DNA from: Candidatus Electrothrix sp. GW3-4
GTDB lineage: Bacteria > Desulfobacterota > Desulfobulbia > Desulfobulbales > Desulfobulbaceae
Direction: 5' to 3'
DNA: 32,000 nt
Assembly: GCF_037902255.1 (NCBI RefSeq)
Contig: NZ_CP147990.1
Span: forward strand, 4,170,001 to 4,202,000
The notes under the pieces are model-generated. The model had not been told where the DNA came from and did no database searches. It worked only from the letters and a program-made list of their open reading frames with translations. Position numbers and translations under genes: made by a program. Each line of letters starts with the position of its first letter. Position 1 is the stretch's first letter. Of this stretch, positions 1-8,802 are shown one piece after another.

Positions 1-1
1 T

Positions 2-952
2 CTGACCTGGGGCTACCATCTGGTCCACTCTAAGATTGAGGTCATCGAGACCTCGCGGGGCTGTACTCGTTCATGCAATTTCTGTTCAATGAAACATATG
101 TACGGGCGGAGCTTCAGGACCTTCCCCATTGAACGCGTCTTGCAGGACATTGATGCTATCTATTTTCAGAAAAAAACACGCTGCATCTTTATCACGGACG
201 ATAATATCGTCCTGGATCAGGCCCGACTTATGGAGCTCTGCGACGCGATCATAGCCAAGGGGTATAAAGGGTTAAAACTCTTTGTCCAGGCCGATTGTAT
301 CAGCATAGCCAAGAACGAGGCAATGGTGGCCAAGATGGCAACAGCAGGCTTTGCTTCGATCTTTCTCGGCATTGAAAATGTCTCCCGGCAAAATTTGAGC
401 ACGGCCTGTAAGGGGGATATTATTGCGCCAGCAAAAAAGGCCGTTGAAAACTGTCATAAATATGGGATAATGGTTATTGGTGGCCTGATCTTCGGCTTTC
501 CTGGGGATACCGAGATATCTATTAAAGAAAATTACGAATTTTTTAAAAATCTTCAGTGCGATGCCGCCTATTGTCAAATTCTGACCCCATATCCAAAGAC
601 CGGGATGCGTGAACACCTTCTTGAGCAAGGCTTGGTCACCAACCCAACGGATTACAAAAAATACAATGGCCTATGGGCAAATGTACGAACAAAGTACTTA
701 GATTCCGCCCAGCTCCATTACCAATTTTGGTATCAGCGCCAGGTTGTGCTGGGCTGGTGGAATCCCTCATCACAAACAGGGAAACAGGGGCGGCTCTGGA
801 TATTCATCTGGCGCTTCCTTTTTAAACCCTTTTTGAAGCTCCGCTACGCCCTGCATTTTAAAAAAGACGACTGGCCAGCCCGTTATCAACAGGAGATCGA
901 CCGCCTGAACAAGATGAACAGGTTTACTGATCTTGAAGAGTTCGGAGAATAA
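2..952 (+). CDS. Radical SAM enzyme, 5' end outside window (probably cobalamin-binding class B type)
   Basis: The frame of listed ORF 89..952 stays open back to nt 2. The upstream codons read LTWGYHLVHSKIEVIETSRGCTRSCNFCS, which puts the CxxxCxxC radical-SAM cluster motif at Cys codons 62-64, 74-76 and 83-85. From memory, the ETSRGC..C.FC context is typical of B12-binding radical SAM proteins, whose B12 domain would lie upstream of the window. Stop TAA 950-952 overlaps the next ATG at 952-954. Confidence 0.8.
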   Translation: MTWGYHLVHSKIEVIETSRGCTRSCNFCSMKHMYGRSFRTFPIERVLQDIDAIYFQKKTRCIFITDDNIVLDQARLMELCDAIIAKGYKGLKLFVQADCISIAKNEAMVAKMATAGFASIFLGIENVSRQNLSTACKGDIIAPAKKAVENCHKYGIMVIGGLIFGFPGDTEISIKENYEFFKNLQCDAAYCQILTPYPKTGMREHLLEQGLVTNPTDYKKYNGLWANVRTKYLDSAQLHYQFWYQRQVVLGWWNPSSQTGKQGRLWIFIWRFLFKPFLKLRYALHFKKDDWPARYQQEIDRLNKMNRFTDLEEFGE

Positions 953-1992
953 TGCAAAAGACGTACAACCTTGAATTTACAGAGCAGGAGATTCGCGAGG
1001 CAGTTGCTGCCGACCAACTGCTCTCTATAGAAATTGAGTTCAGTCGGGTCTGTAATTTCCGTTGCTCCTACTGTTATGTTGAGGGGCAGGAGACATGGAA
1101 GAATGAACTCTCTCGGGAAGAGATTAAGGACGTTATCCTCCAGGCCAAGGCCTTGGGTGCCCGAAAAATTATTATCCTGGGCGGTGAGCCTTCTATCTAT
1201 CCCCAGCTCCCGGAAATACTCCATTTCATCGGTCAGGAAGGCCTGGAAATAGAGATGTTCACCAATGGCTCCGGGATTACTCAGGAGCTTGCTGATGTTC
1301 TTGCTCAGGAAAAGGTTCGGGTTGCCCTGAAACTCAATTCCCAGAACGAGGAGCTTCAGGATACGCTTGCCGGTAAACAAGGTGCCTACCAGGCTATCCA
1401 ACGAGCCTTGGGCTGCTTGCGCGAGGCAGGATATCCTGGTAAAGGACTCTACCTGGCCATGAGCACGGTCATTTGCCAACAGAATATTGAAGAGCTCCCG
1501 GCAATCTGGCAATGGCTGCGAGAGCAGGCAATTGAGCCGCTCTTTGAAGTCCTCACCCCCCAGGCCAATGCCTCAGAAAATACCTGGCTTGGGGTGAGTC
1601 CTGAAGAATTGAAAACGCTCTTTACCCAGCTCGCTGACCTTGATCGGAAAAAATTCGGCCGCGATTGGGAGCCTCAGCCTCCGCTGGTGGGTAACAGATG
1701 CATGCGGCACCAGGTTTCCTGCCTGGTGACCTCGAACGGCGATATTATGCCTTGCGTTGGGGTGACCATTCCCCTGGGGAATATCCGTAACAACACCCTT
1801 GCCCATATTCTCCATAATAGTGAAGAGATACAGAATTTAAAGAATTATCGGGAGACCATAAAGGGGGCCTGTCGAACCTGCGAAAAGGCTGAAGAATGTT
1901 ACGGCTGCCGGGGCGCAGCCTATCAGCTCACTGGAGACTACCTTGCCTCCGACCCAACCTGTTGGCGTAACGCCACATTGACAAAATGTTAA
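952..1992 (+). CDS. Radical SAM enzyme with C-terminal SPASM/twitch-type cysteine cluster
   Basis: The N-terminus has FSRVCNFRCSYCYV (CxxxCxxC). IILGGEPSIY is the glycine-rich SAM-binding motif. The C-terminus has CRTCEKAEECYGCRG (CxxCx5CxxC) plus upstream CMRH..SC..PCVG and downstream DPTCW cysteines, as in SPASM auxiliary-cluster domains. Confidence 0.85.
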   Translation: MQKTYNLEFTEQEIREAVAADQLLSIEIEFSRVCNFRCSYCYVEGQETWKNELSREEIKDVILQAKALGARKIIILGGEPSIYPQLPEILHFIGQEGLEIEMFTNGSGITQELADVLAQEKVRVALKLNSQNEELQDTLAGKQGAYQAIQRALGCLREAGYPGKGLYLAMSTVICQQNIEELPAIWQWLREQAIEPLFEVLTPQANASENTWLGVSPEELKTLFTQLADLDRKKFGRDWEPQPPLVGNRCMRHQVSCLVTSNGDIMPCVGVTIPLGNIRNNTLAHILHNSEEIQNLKNYRETIKGACRTCEKAEECYGCRGAAYQLTGDYLASDPTCWRNATLTKC

Positions 1993-2017
1993 GACTGAGT
2001 AATATTGATCTCATCTG

Positions 2018-2326
2018 ATGGATACAATCGTGCAAAAATCCATACAGGTTGCCGACGACTCTCCGTGGTTCTCCGGCCATTTTCCTGATAATCCCATCCT
2101 GCCTGGGGTCGCCCAGCTGGAAATGATCGTCACGCTTCTTTCTGAGACAACAGGAATGCCTCTAAAACTGACCGGGATGAGCAGGGTAAAATTCAGAAAA
2201 ATCGTGCGCCCAGGTGATCTCCTGGATATTCAGGTTGCACCGGGTACGAAAAAAGACCAATATACCTTTAAGATTATCGGGGATAATGAAGATGTCTGCT
2301 CCGGCAGTATTTTTCTTGCGCAGTAG
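2018..2326 (+). CDS. FabZ/FabA-like 3-hydroxyacyl-ACP dehydratase (short single hotdog)
   Basis: FSGHFPDNPILPGVAQLEMI matches the FabZ active-site signature HFP..P..PGV..E. At 102 aa it is shorter than canonical FabZ. Confidence 0.75.
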   Translation: MDTIVQKSIQVADDSPWFSGHFPDNPILPGVAQLEMIVTLLSETTGMPLKLTGMSRVKFRKIVRPGDLLDIQVAPGTKKDQYTFKIIGDNEDVCSGSIFLAQ

Positions 2327-2445
2327 TGCCCCATCTTGGCCCCCTCTTCTTATGCTGAGGCCGGGGAACAAAAAATAAAAACTGGCTGGAAACCTTGGTC
2401 AGCCGCGCTGACCATTTTCATATAAATAAATGAAATAGCGGATGC

Positions 2446-2712
2446 ATGAGTAACGATCGTAATACAACCGTCCTTCGGGTTGCTGAAATAATTATTAACG
2501 AACTCAAGCTTGAGGACGTCACCCCTGAAACCTTTGACGCTGATCTGGATCTGGTGGATGAGGTGGGTATTGATTCGATGGATCTGGCCACTGTTGCCTT
2601 GGTGCTGCGGGATGAATACGGGATACGGATTGATGAAGACGATTACCCCAAACTGACCACCGTGCGCATCATTGCCCAATACATCATTGATAAGCTGAAC
2701 AGCGACGAATAG
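2446..2712 (+). CDS. Acyl carrier protein (dedicated, cluster-specific)
   Basis: 88 aa and acidic. VGIDSMDLATVALVL contains the DS(M/L)D phosphopantetheine-attachment serine motif, and the length fits a four-helix ACP. Stop TAG 2710-2712 abuts the next ATG at 2713. Confidence 0.85.
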   Translation: MSNDRNTTVLRVAEIIINELKLEDVTPETFDADLDLVDEVGIDSMDLATVALVLRDEYGIRIDEDDYPKLTTVRIIAQYIIDKLNSDE

Positions 2713-3780
2713 ATGGCTGCCCGACCGGAGTATAAACAGGAGTATACATTCTCTGCTATCATAGCGGACCCGGCCATCAGAGAACGCTGGGAAAAGGTGC
2801 GCAAATATTTCTTTCTCCGCGAATCCACCTATGATATGACTAACCGCTGCAATGTGCGCTGCGAGGGCTGTTATTATTATAACGGAGAGAAACAGTTTGC
2901 CCAGGAAGTGCGGGATGAGCAGGCCTGGCTCCAGCTTTTTGCAGCGGAAAAGGAACGGGGTATCACCTTTGTGGTCCTGGCCGGAGCTGAACCCTCTCTG
3001 GTACCGGAACTCTGCGCTGCTGCCTACAAGGTTATTCCACACGGTGCCATTGCCAGCAACGGGCTCAAGCCGCTCCCCAAGGAGATTGACTACCGCATCC
3101 ATATTTCCGTCTGGGGCAATGATCAGACCAGCCTGGCGGTACGTAAGGCCCCGGATATGCTGGCCCGCCAGATGGCAAACTATGCCGATGATCCCAGAGC
3201 GGTCTTTGTCTACACCTTTACCTCGGAAAACATCAACGATGCCAGGGAAGTGACCGAGTTGCTGGCAAAGAATAAGCAGCAGATCACTTTTAATATGTTC
3301 TCTGCTCCTGTAGGCTATAATGGTCCTCTTCGTCATAGCGCTGCAAGCCTGGAAAAGACCCGCAAGGTCATGCTGGACTTGCTGACGGAATATCCCGAGA
3401 CTGTCCTCTTTTCCCCCTATAATATCGTTGCCCACACCCATGAACAGGGGCTCCATGCTCTGTTTTCCTGTCCCTATCCCCGAATGAACCCCTCCACCGA
3501 TATCGGTTTGGGGCGTTCTTTCCGGCAATATCGGACAGACCTGCAATGGGATCGTGAGGCGGCCTGCTGCGTTCCGGATACAGATTGCGCCGACTGCCGC
3601 CATTATGCAGCGGGTAGCGCTGTGGTCACGGCCAGGATGTATCGCCATGCCACCGATCCAAGCACCTTCTCGGCCTGGCTCGATTATGTGGACACCTATC
3701 TCAGCGTTTGGGTCAGGGGCTATGAGAAAGGAACAAATCTCTGCACAAGCCTTAGTAATCCGCCTTCAAATACTCAGTAA
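2713..3780 (+). CDS. Radical SAM enzyme (paralog A of a tandem pair)
   Basis: YDMTNRCNVRCEGCYYY carries CxxxCxxC. VVLAGAEPSL is the SAM glycine motif. The C-terminal cysteine motif is ACCVPDTDCADCRHY. It aligns by eye with the next gene. Confidence 0.8.
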   Translation: MAARPEYKQEYTFSAIIADPAIRERWEKVRKYFFLRESTYDMTNRCNVRCEGCYYYNGEKQFAQEVRDEQAWLQLFAAEKERGITFVVLAGAEPSLVPELCAAAYKVIPHGAIASNGLKPLPKEIDYRIHISVWGNDQTSLAVRKAPDMLARQMANYADDPRAVFVYTFTSENINDAREVTELLAKNKQQITFNMFSAPVGYNGPLRHSAASLEKTRKVMLDLLTEYPETVLFSPYNIVAHTHEQGLHALFSCPYPRMNPSTDIGLGRSFRQYRTDLQWDREAACCVPDTDCADCRHYAAGSAVVTARMYRHATDPSTFSAWLDYVDTYLSVWVRGYEKGTNLCTSLSNPPSNTQ

Positions 3781-3791
3781 AATTCTCCATT

Positions 3792-4790
3792 ATGAAAACT
3801 GTCAGTTCCCTGCTGGATGACCATTGGTACGAGCGGTATAAGAAGATCTCCAAGCTGAATTTCCGCAGTTCCATTTACGATGTGACCAACCGCTGCAACC
3901 TGCGCTGCAAAGGTTGCTTTTTCTTTTCCTCTGGTGAGCATGAGGCGGCAGCTGAGGAAAATGACATCGAAAAGTGGCATGCCTTTGTGGAAAAGGAGAT
4001 GGAGCGTGGGGTAAATCTGGCCATTCTCATCGGTGGAGAGCCCACCCTCTGCCTGGATAGGATTGAGGCCTTTTATAAACGCATGCCCACCTTTTGCGCC
4101 ACCAATGGCCTAATCAAGGTGCCCAGGGATCGTTTCCCGGACATGATGGTTGGGCTCTCCCTTTGGGGGACCCCCGAGGATGAGGCAACCCTGCGCGGCA
4201 AGGACACCTTTAAGATCTCCAGTGCTAACTACGCGGGTGACCCCCATACCTATTATCTCTATACCATCACCCCAAAGCAGTTGGGCAAGACCGAAGAGAT
4301 CATCCGCAAAATCAAAGATGTTGGCCTGAAGGTCCATATGCAACTTCTCTCCAATGACGAGGGCGTTGATGGATTTTCCTGGAAGCCCGAGGAACTGATC
4401 GCGATCCGGGACGAGATGGATGCTATGCTGGATGCCTATCCAGAAACGGTGATTTCCTGCAAATATTACCATGAGATCATCACCACCGGCCAAATGCTGG
4501 GCCGTCCCTTTGGCTGGCTGGAATGCCCGTCCGTGACCATTGCCAAAGATAATCGGGAGCCCCAGCCCAAGCGTCTGATCAACTTCATCCGCTGGTCCTC
4601 AGATCTCCAGACCATGCACCGTTGCTGCACCTCGGAAACCAGGGATTGCTCCACCTGTAAGGACGGCGCGGCCCATATGAGTTGGGTCATGGTCAATAAG
4701 CGTGCCCACATGCGAAGTACCAAGGACTTCCAGAACTGGATCGAAGTCTACGAGATGTTCGCCAAACTCTACCAGTTCATCCCCTGGTAA
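3792..4790 (+). CDS. Radical SAM enzyme (paralog B of a tandem pair)
   Basis: YDVTNRCNLRCKGCFFF carries CxxxCxxC. AILIGGEPTL is the SAM glycine motif. The C-terminal cysteine motif is RCCTSETRDCSTCKDG. The motifs are collinear with 2713..3780. Confidence 0.8.
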   Translation: MKTVSSLLDDHWYERYKKISKLNFRSSIYDVTNRCNLRCKGCFFFSSGEHEAAAEENDIEKWHAFVEKEMERGVNLAILIGGEPTLCLDRIEAFYKRMPTFCATNGLIKVPRDRFPDMMVGLSLWGTPEDEATLRGKDTFKISSANYAGDPHTYYLYTITPKQLGKTEEIIRKIKDVGLKVHMQLLSNDEGVDGFSWKPEELIAIRDEMDAMLDAYPETVISCKYYHEIITTGQMLGRPFGWLECPSVTIAKDNREPQPKRLINFIRWSSDLQTMHRCCTSETRDCSTCKDGAAHMSWVMVNKRAHMRSTKDFQNWIEVYEMFAKLYQFIPW

Positions 4791-4797
4791 GCTGTTG

Positions 4798-6048
4798 ATG
4801 GGGGCGAAAGATGCCGTCATTATAGGCTGTGATGCCGTCTCTCCCTTGGGGATTGAGCTGGATGAGCAATGGCAGCGCGCCTTGGCGGGCCGAAGCGGCG
4901 TTGGTCCGCTCACCCGCTTTGCCCTGCCAGAGGACTTCCCGGTCCGCATTGCCGGTCAGGTGCCGGATATTGACCATCTGGACTATCCCTTTCTCACTGC
5001 CCGCCATCAGGCAGCCTGGAGTTCACCGGTCTTTAAATATTCCCTGCTCACCGTAATTCGCGCCTTGAAGCGCAGCGGTATTGAACTGACCGCAGAGCTG
5101 GCGCCGCGCACAGCTGTGACCTATAGCTCAGCCATTGGTGGCTTGGATGCCGTCCTCAGGTCAGACAGACGCCTGCAGGCCGAGAACAAGCTTCCCCATC
5201 CCTATGCCAATCCCAACTCCTGCATCAATATGATCGGCGGCAAGATCGCCATTGCCACTGGTGCCCAGGGACCGATTACCTCCACCATTACCGCCTGTGC
5301 CACTGGCCTGACCTCCATGCTCATCGCGGCCCTGTTCATGGCCCAAGGCCGAGCTGATCTGGCCATCTGTGGAGCAGTGGATTTTGCCCTGGTTGAGCCC
5401 ATTGTAGCCGGTTTTCATACCATGAATGGGGCCTATAACCCCAAAGAGGGCCGGGAAGGAGATCCCCCGGAAAGCGCCAGCAGGCCCTTCTCCATTGATC
5501 GGCGGGGCTTTGTTATCTCTGAAGGGGCTGGCGCGGTGATCCTGGCGACCAGGGAATTTGCCGATGCCCACGGTTTACCTTACGCTGCCCGCCTGGCTGG
5601 CTGGGGGATGACCTCAGATGCCCACCATTTTGTGGCCCCGCATCTAGCCACGGTCAGGCAATGTATGGAGGATGCCTTGGCTGATGCCAAGGTTTCCCCC
5701 CAGGATATTGCTATGGTCAATGCCCATGCCGCCTCCACCAAGGTGGGTGATAGGGTGGAATACGAGGCCCTGCGCGCCGTCTTTGGCGAGAAGATGCCAC
5801 CAATTACCGCCAATAAATCCCTGATCGGACATGCGATGGGGGCCTCCAGCGTCATTGAAACCATCTTTTCCCTCCAGGGCATACAGGACAGCCTGCTGCC
5901 GCCCACCATCAACTATACCCCTGATCCTGAACTGGAACTGGACTGCGTGTCTGAAGGCAGCCGCTCACTTGAGCAGGAGTATATCCTGAAAAACTCCTTC
6001 GGCTTTGGCGGCTGTAATGCCTGCGCCGTTCTCCAGAAGGTCGCCTAA
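4798..6048 (+). CDS. Beta-ketoacyl-ACP synthase (KAS I/II, FabF/FabB-like), complete Cys-His-His triad
   Basis: Motifs present: ITACATGLTS (active Cys), SDAHHFVAP, VNAHAASTKVGD, NKSLIGHAMGASS and a C-terminal NSFGFGGCNA. I chose the ATG at 4798 (MGAKDAVIIG..) over the listed 4702 start. The first 32 codons from 4702 overlap the upstream gene and look non-protein-like. Confidence 0.9.
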   Translation: MGAKDAVIIGCDAVSPLGIELDEQWQRALAGRSGVGPLTRFALPEDFPVRIAGQVPDIDHLDYPFLTARHQAAWSSPVFKYSLLTVIRALKRSGIELTAELAPRTAVTYSSAIGGLDAVLRSDRRLQAENKLPHPYANPNSCINMIGGKIAIATGAQGPITSTITACATGLTSMLIAALFMAQGRADLAICGAVDFALVEPIVAGFHTMNGAYNPKEGREGDPPESASRPFSIDRRGFVISEGAGAVILATREFADAHGLPYAARLAGWGMTSDAHHFVAPHLATVRQCMEDALADAKVSPQDIAMVNAHAASTKVGDRVEYEALRAVFGEKMPPITANKSLIGHAMGASSVIETIFSLQGIQDSLLPPTINYTPDPELELDCVSEGSRSLEQEYILKNSFGFGGCNACAVLQKVA

Positions 6049-6051
6049 TCC

Positions 6052-7317
6052 ATGAAGGCTCCCAAGAACAGACGTGTTTTTGTGGTCGGCTATGATGCGG
6101 CCACCGCCTTGGGTAATACCTTTACCGCAACCTGGCAGGCCGCTATCGAAGGCCAGGCAGGCTTCCGCAGGGTTACCCGCTGCGCGACCGCCAGCCGCAG
6201 CAATGTGGTGGGGGAAATCCCGGACTGGGACCCCAGCCAGCTCCCCTATGTGGACCGGAAAGAGGCCTCGCTCTGGAATGCCGCCTATGTCTTCCTGACC
6301 ATGGAGGTCTGTCGCCGGGCCCTGGAACATGCCGGGCTGGAAATGAATGAGGAAACCGGTCCACGGACCGGCTGCCTGATCGGTTCGGCCCTGAACGGGA
6401 CTGATGCCTACCGAATTGCGACAGAGAACTATCGGGTCGGCGGCCCCTTTAAGGTCAGCCCCTATCTTCTGCCCAATGTCTGCGCCAACCTGCCCGGCGG
6501 CAAGGCGGGCATGCTCACCGGCTTTACCGGACCTATCTTCTCTCCCCAAGGGGCCTGCGCCTCAGGGAATCATGCCATTGCCCTAGGCGCCAGGATGATC
6601 CGGGATGGGGACTGTGATTTCATGCTGGCAGGCGGGGTGGAGACCTGCCTGGTCCCGGAAATTATCCAGGGGTTTTCCAATATGCTGGCCAGCATCAAGG
6701 TGGGGGAAAAGGACCGGGCCTTTAAGGATCCAACCCAGGCCTCTCGCCCCTTCAGTCTGGATCGCAAGGGCTTTGTCCTGGCCGAAGGAGCAGCCGTGCT
6801 GGTGCTGGCCGCAGAAGAGGCAGTGCAGGCCCTGGGACTCCAGCCAAAGGCAGAGGTTTTAGGGATAGGCTGGAACTCAGATGCCCACCATTTTACCCGG
6901 CCCAACGCAACTACCATAATTCGGGCCATCCATGATGCCTTGGATGATGCGGAGATCAGCGCCGAGGACATCGGCTCCATCAATGCCCACGGCACCTCTA
7001 CCCCCACCGGAGATGCAACTGAGGTGGAATGCCTGCGCAGGGTCTTTGGCGAGGCCCTGTCCGGCATACCGATCTCAGCCAATAAATCCCAGGTCGGGCA
7101 TTCCCTGGGGGCCTCAGCGGCCATCGAAGCATCCCTCTCTATCGAGGCCATGAATAAAGGCTTGGTTCTACCCACGGTGAATCATATCCCGGATCCCGCC
7201 TTTGCTGACCTGGATGTGGTGCCCAATGTGGTACGTAATCATAGTTATGAATATGTCCTGTCCAACTCCTTTGGTTTTGGTGGAACCAACTGCTGTCTCG
7301 TGTTCCGAGGTATCTGA
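6052..7317 (+). CDS. Beta-ketoacyl-ACP synthase (KAS II/FabF-like), complete Cys-His-His triad
   Basis: Motifs present: PQGACASGNHAIA, SDAHHFTRP, INAHGTSTPTGD, NKSQVGHSLGASA and NSFGFGGTNC. It starts 4 nt after the previous stop. Confidence 0.9.
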   Translation: MKAPKNRRVFVVGYDAATALGNTFTATWQAAIEGQAGFRRVTRCATASRSNVVGEIPDWDPSQLPYVDRKEASLWNAAYVFLTMEVCRRALEHAGLEMNEETGPRTGCLIGSALNGTDAYRIATENYRVGGPFKVSPYLLPNVCANLPGGKAGMLTGFTGPIFSPQGACASGNHAIALGARMIRDGDCDFMLAGGVETCLVPEIIQGFSNMLASIKVGEKDRAFKDPTQASRPFSLDRKGFVLAEGAAVLVLAAEEAVQALGLQPKAEVLGIGWNSDAHHFTRPNATTIIRAIHDALDDAEISAEDIGSINAHGTSTPTGDATEVECLRRVFGEALSGIPISANKSQVGHSLGASAAIEASLSIEAMNKGLVLPTVNHIPDPAFADLDVVPNVVRNHSYEYVLSNSFGFGGTNCCLVFRGI

Positions 7318-7796
7318 TGCGACCTAAACCCTTTCGTCCTCAGCCCTTAGAAAATCCCTCCTTTGTCCGCGATACTACCAGCGGCCTGGTCTGGTTTCGC
7401 TGCGAAATGCGGACCCTGTACATTGACACTGATCGTTCCCAGGTGGTCTATCATTCCAATTACCTCAAGTATTTCGAATTTGCCAGGGCTTCCCTGATGC
7501 GGGAGACCAAGTACCCGTATAAGCAGATAGAGGAGGACGGCTTTGTCTATCCCATCATCAAGACCGAGCTGAACTATTATTCGCCGCTCTTTTATGATGA
7601 TCTGATGTACATCCACATCCGTCCCGGAAAACTCGAACGCGTCAGGCTTCAGTTTGAGTACCTGATCACCAAGGCGGAGCAGGGCGAGATCTCCTGCACC
7701 GGCTTTACCCGCCATTGCGCAATAAATGAAAAGGGGGTACCGGTGGAGATTGATCCACAGACCCTGCGCCTCTGGCAGGAATTTCCTGATTCATGA
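7317..7796 (+). CDS. 4HBT/YbgC-type hotdog acyl thioesterase
   Basis: YIDTDRSQVVYHSNYLKYFEFARASLMRE matches the D..(G)VV(Y)H..Y..YFE.AR signature of 4-hydroxybenzoyl-CoA thioesterase-family enzymes. The start overlaps the previous stop (TGATG, 7315-7319). Confidence 0.75.
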   Translation: MRPKPFRPQPLENPSFVRDTTSGLVWFRCEMRTLYIDTDRSQVVYHSNYLKYFEFARASLMRETKYPYKQIEEDGFVYPIIKTELNYYSPLFYDDLMYIHIRPGKLERVRLQFEYLITKAEQGEISCTGFTRHCAINEKGVPVEIDPQTLRLWQEFPDS

Positions 7797-8605
7797 GCAA
7801 CGAACGCCTTCCTGTCACGCTCCCTGTTCAACCTTGGTTCCAGGACCATTCCTTTGCCGGTAAAATCGTTCTCCCTGCGGTGGAAAGTCTCCAGCTGCTC
7901 GCAGCGCACGTTGCCGAAGCCTTTCCCGGCGCAGATATCTCTGTTATGGAGGACATGCGCTTTGCTAAGTTTCTTGAAATCCCGCCTGAGGCCACGGAGA
8001 TGGATGTTCTGGTTGAATTCGCTCCTGCTGGGGAGAGGGTAGGGGCTCAGCTCCTCACCCGGAAGGCATGCGGGAAGATGAGCAGGATCAAGGAACACAG
8101 CCAAGTCTTTTTTCCCCTGGCGGCGGGAGAACGCCCGCCTTCCCAGCTTGATCCAACCCTGCCTGCAAACGCGCTGCAAAAAATTCCTGTTGAACAGCTC
8201 TATCGTGAATTAGTGCCTTTCGGCCCGCAGTACCAGACTCTTCAGGAGAGGTTGTTTTTGTATGAGGACAGTGCCTGGGGCGTTCTGAAAGCACCTTTGC
8301 TTCCCTTGGTCTCTACGGTTCAGGAACAGATCGGTTCACCTTTTCCCTTGGATGGTGCCATGCATGCGGCCAGTGTTTTGGGGCAGCAGAAGGTGGACTT
8401 TACCCCCTTACCGATTGGTATTGATCAACGGATTATCCTGCTTCCGACCCAGCCTAGTGGTGAATACCTGACTAAGGTGTCCGCTGTCGCGCTGTCAGAG
8501 AAGGAGCTGGTGTTCGATTTGGTGATTCTTGATAGGGCTGGGCAGGTTTATGAGGTGGTGAAGGGTTTGAGGATGCGGGATGTGCGTGGGGGGATGAGGA
8601 TATAG
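7793..8605 (+). CDS. Stand-alone polyketide-synthase-type (double hotdog) dehydratase
   Basis: QDHSFAGKIVLP fits the PKS DH motif HxxxGxxxxP. A second-half motif, PLDGAMHAA, fits DxxxH/Q. The 270-aa length fits a double hotdog fold. There is an ATGA overlap with the upstream gene (7793-7796). Confidence 0.7.
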   Translation: MSNERLPVTLPVQPWFQDHSFAGKIVLPAVESLQLLAAHVAEAFPGADISVMEDMRFAKFLEIPPEATEMDVLVEFAPAGERVGAQLLTRKACGKMSRIKEHSQVFFPLAAGERPPSQLDPTLPANALQKIPVEQLYRELVPFGPQYQTLQERLFLYEDSAWGVLKAPLLPLVSTVQEQIGSPFPLDGAMHAASVLGQQKVDFTPLPIGIDQRIILLPTQPSGEYLTKVSAVALSEKELVFDLVILDRAGQVYEVVKGLRMRDVRGGMRI

Positions 8606-8802
8606 GCTTTTTTTCGTGTTTATTGATGAGTTCACATAAAACAACTAACAAACAGTACTGATAACGGAAATCTGGGCAGAATGAAAACCTTAAACGTTGA
8701 TGACCTGGTAAAAAGTCAGAAATTAGCAAATCGCTAACGACAACTCAGTAAGTTACAATACGAAATATCGCGAAATCGGACTTTTTACGAATCCATCAAA
8801 CG

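Noticed and set aside
2350-3648. 432-aa minus-strand ORF antisense to the ACP and radical-SAM genes
   Set aside because: It is a shadow ORF in GC-rich DNA. The opposite strand carries unambiguous ACP and CxxxCxxC radical-SAM motifs, and the antisense translation is low-complexity with no recognisable motif.
4702-4797. Upstream start (4702) listed for the first ketosynthase
   Set aside because: The extension overlaps the upstream radical-SAM gene by 89 nt and reads as Ser/Thr/Arg-rich non-protein-like sequence. The ATG at 4798 gives a standard KS N-terminus 8 nt after the upstream stop.
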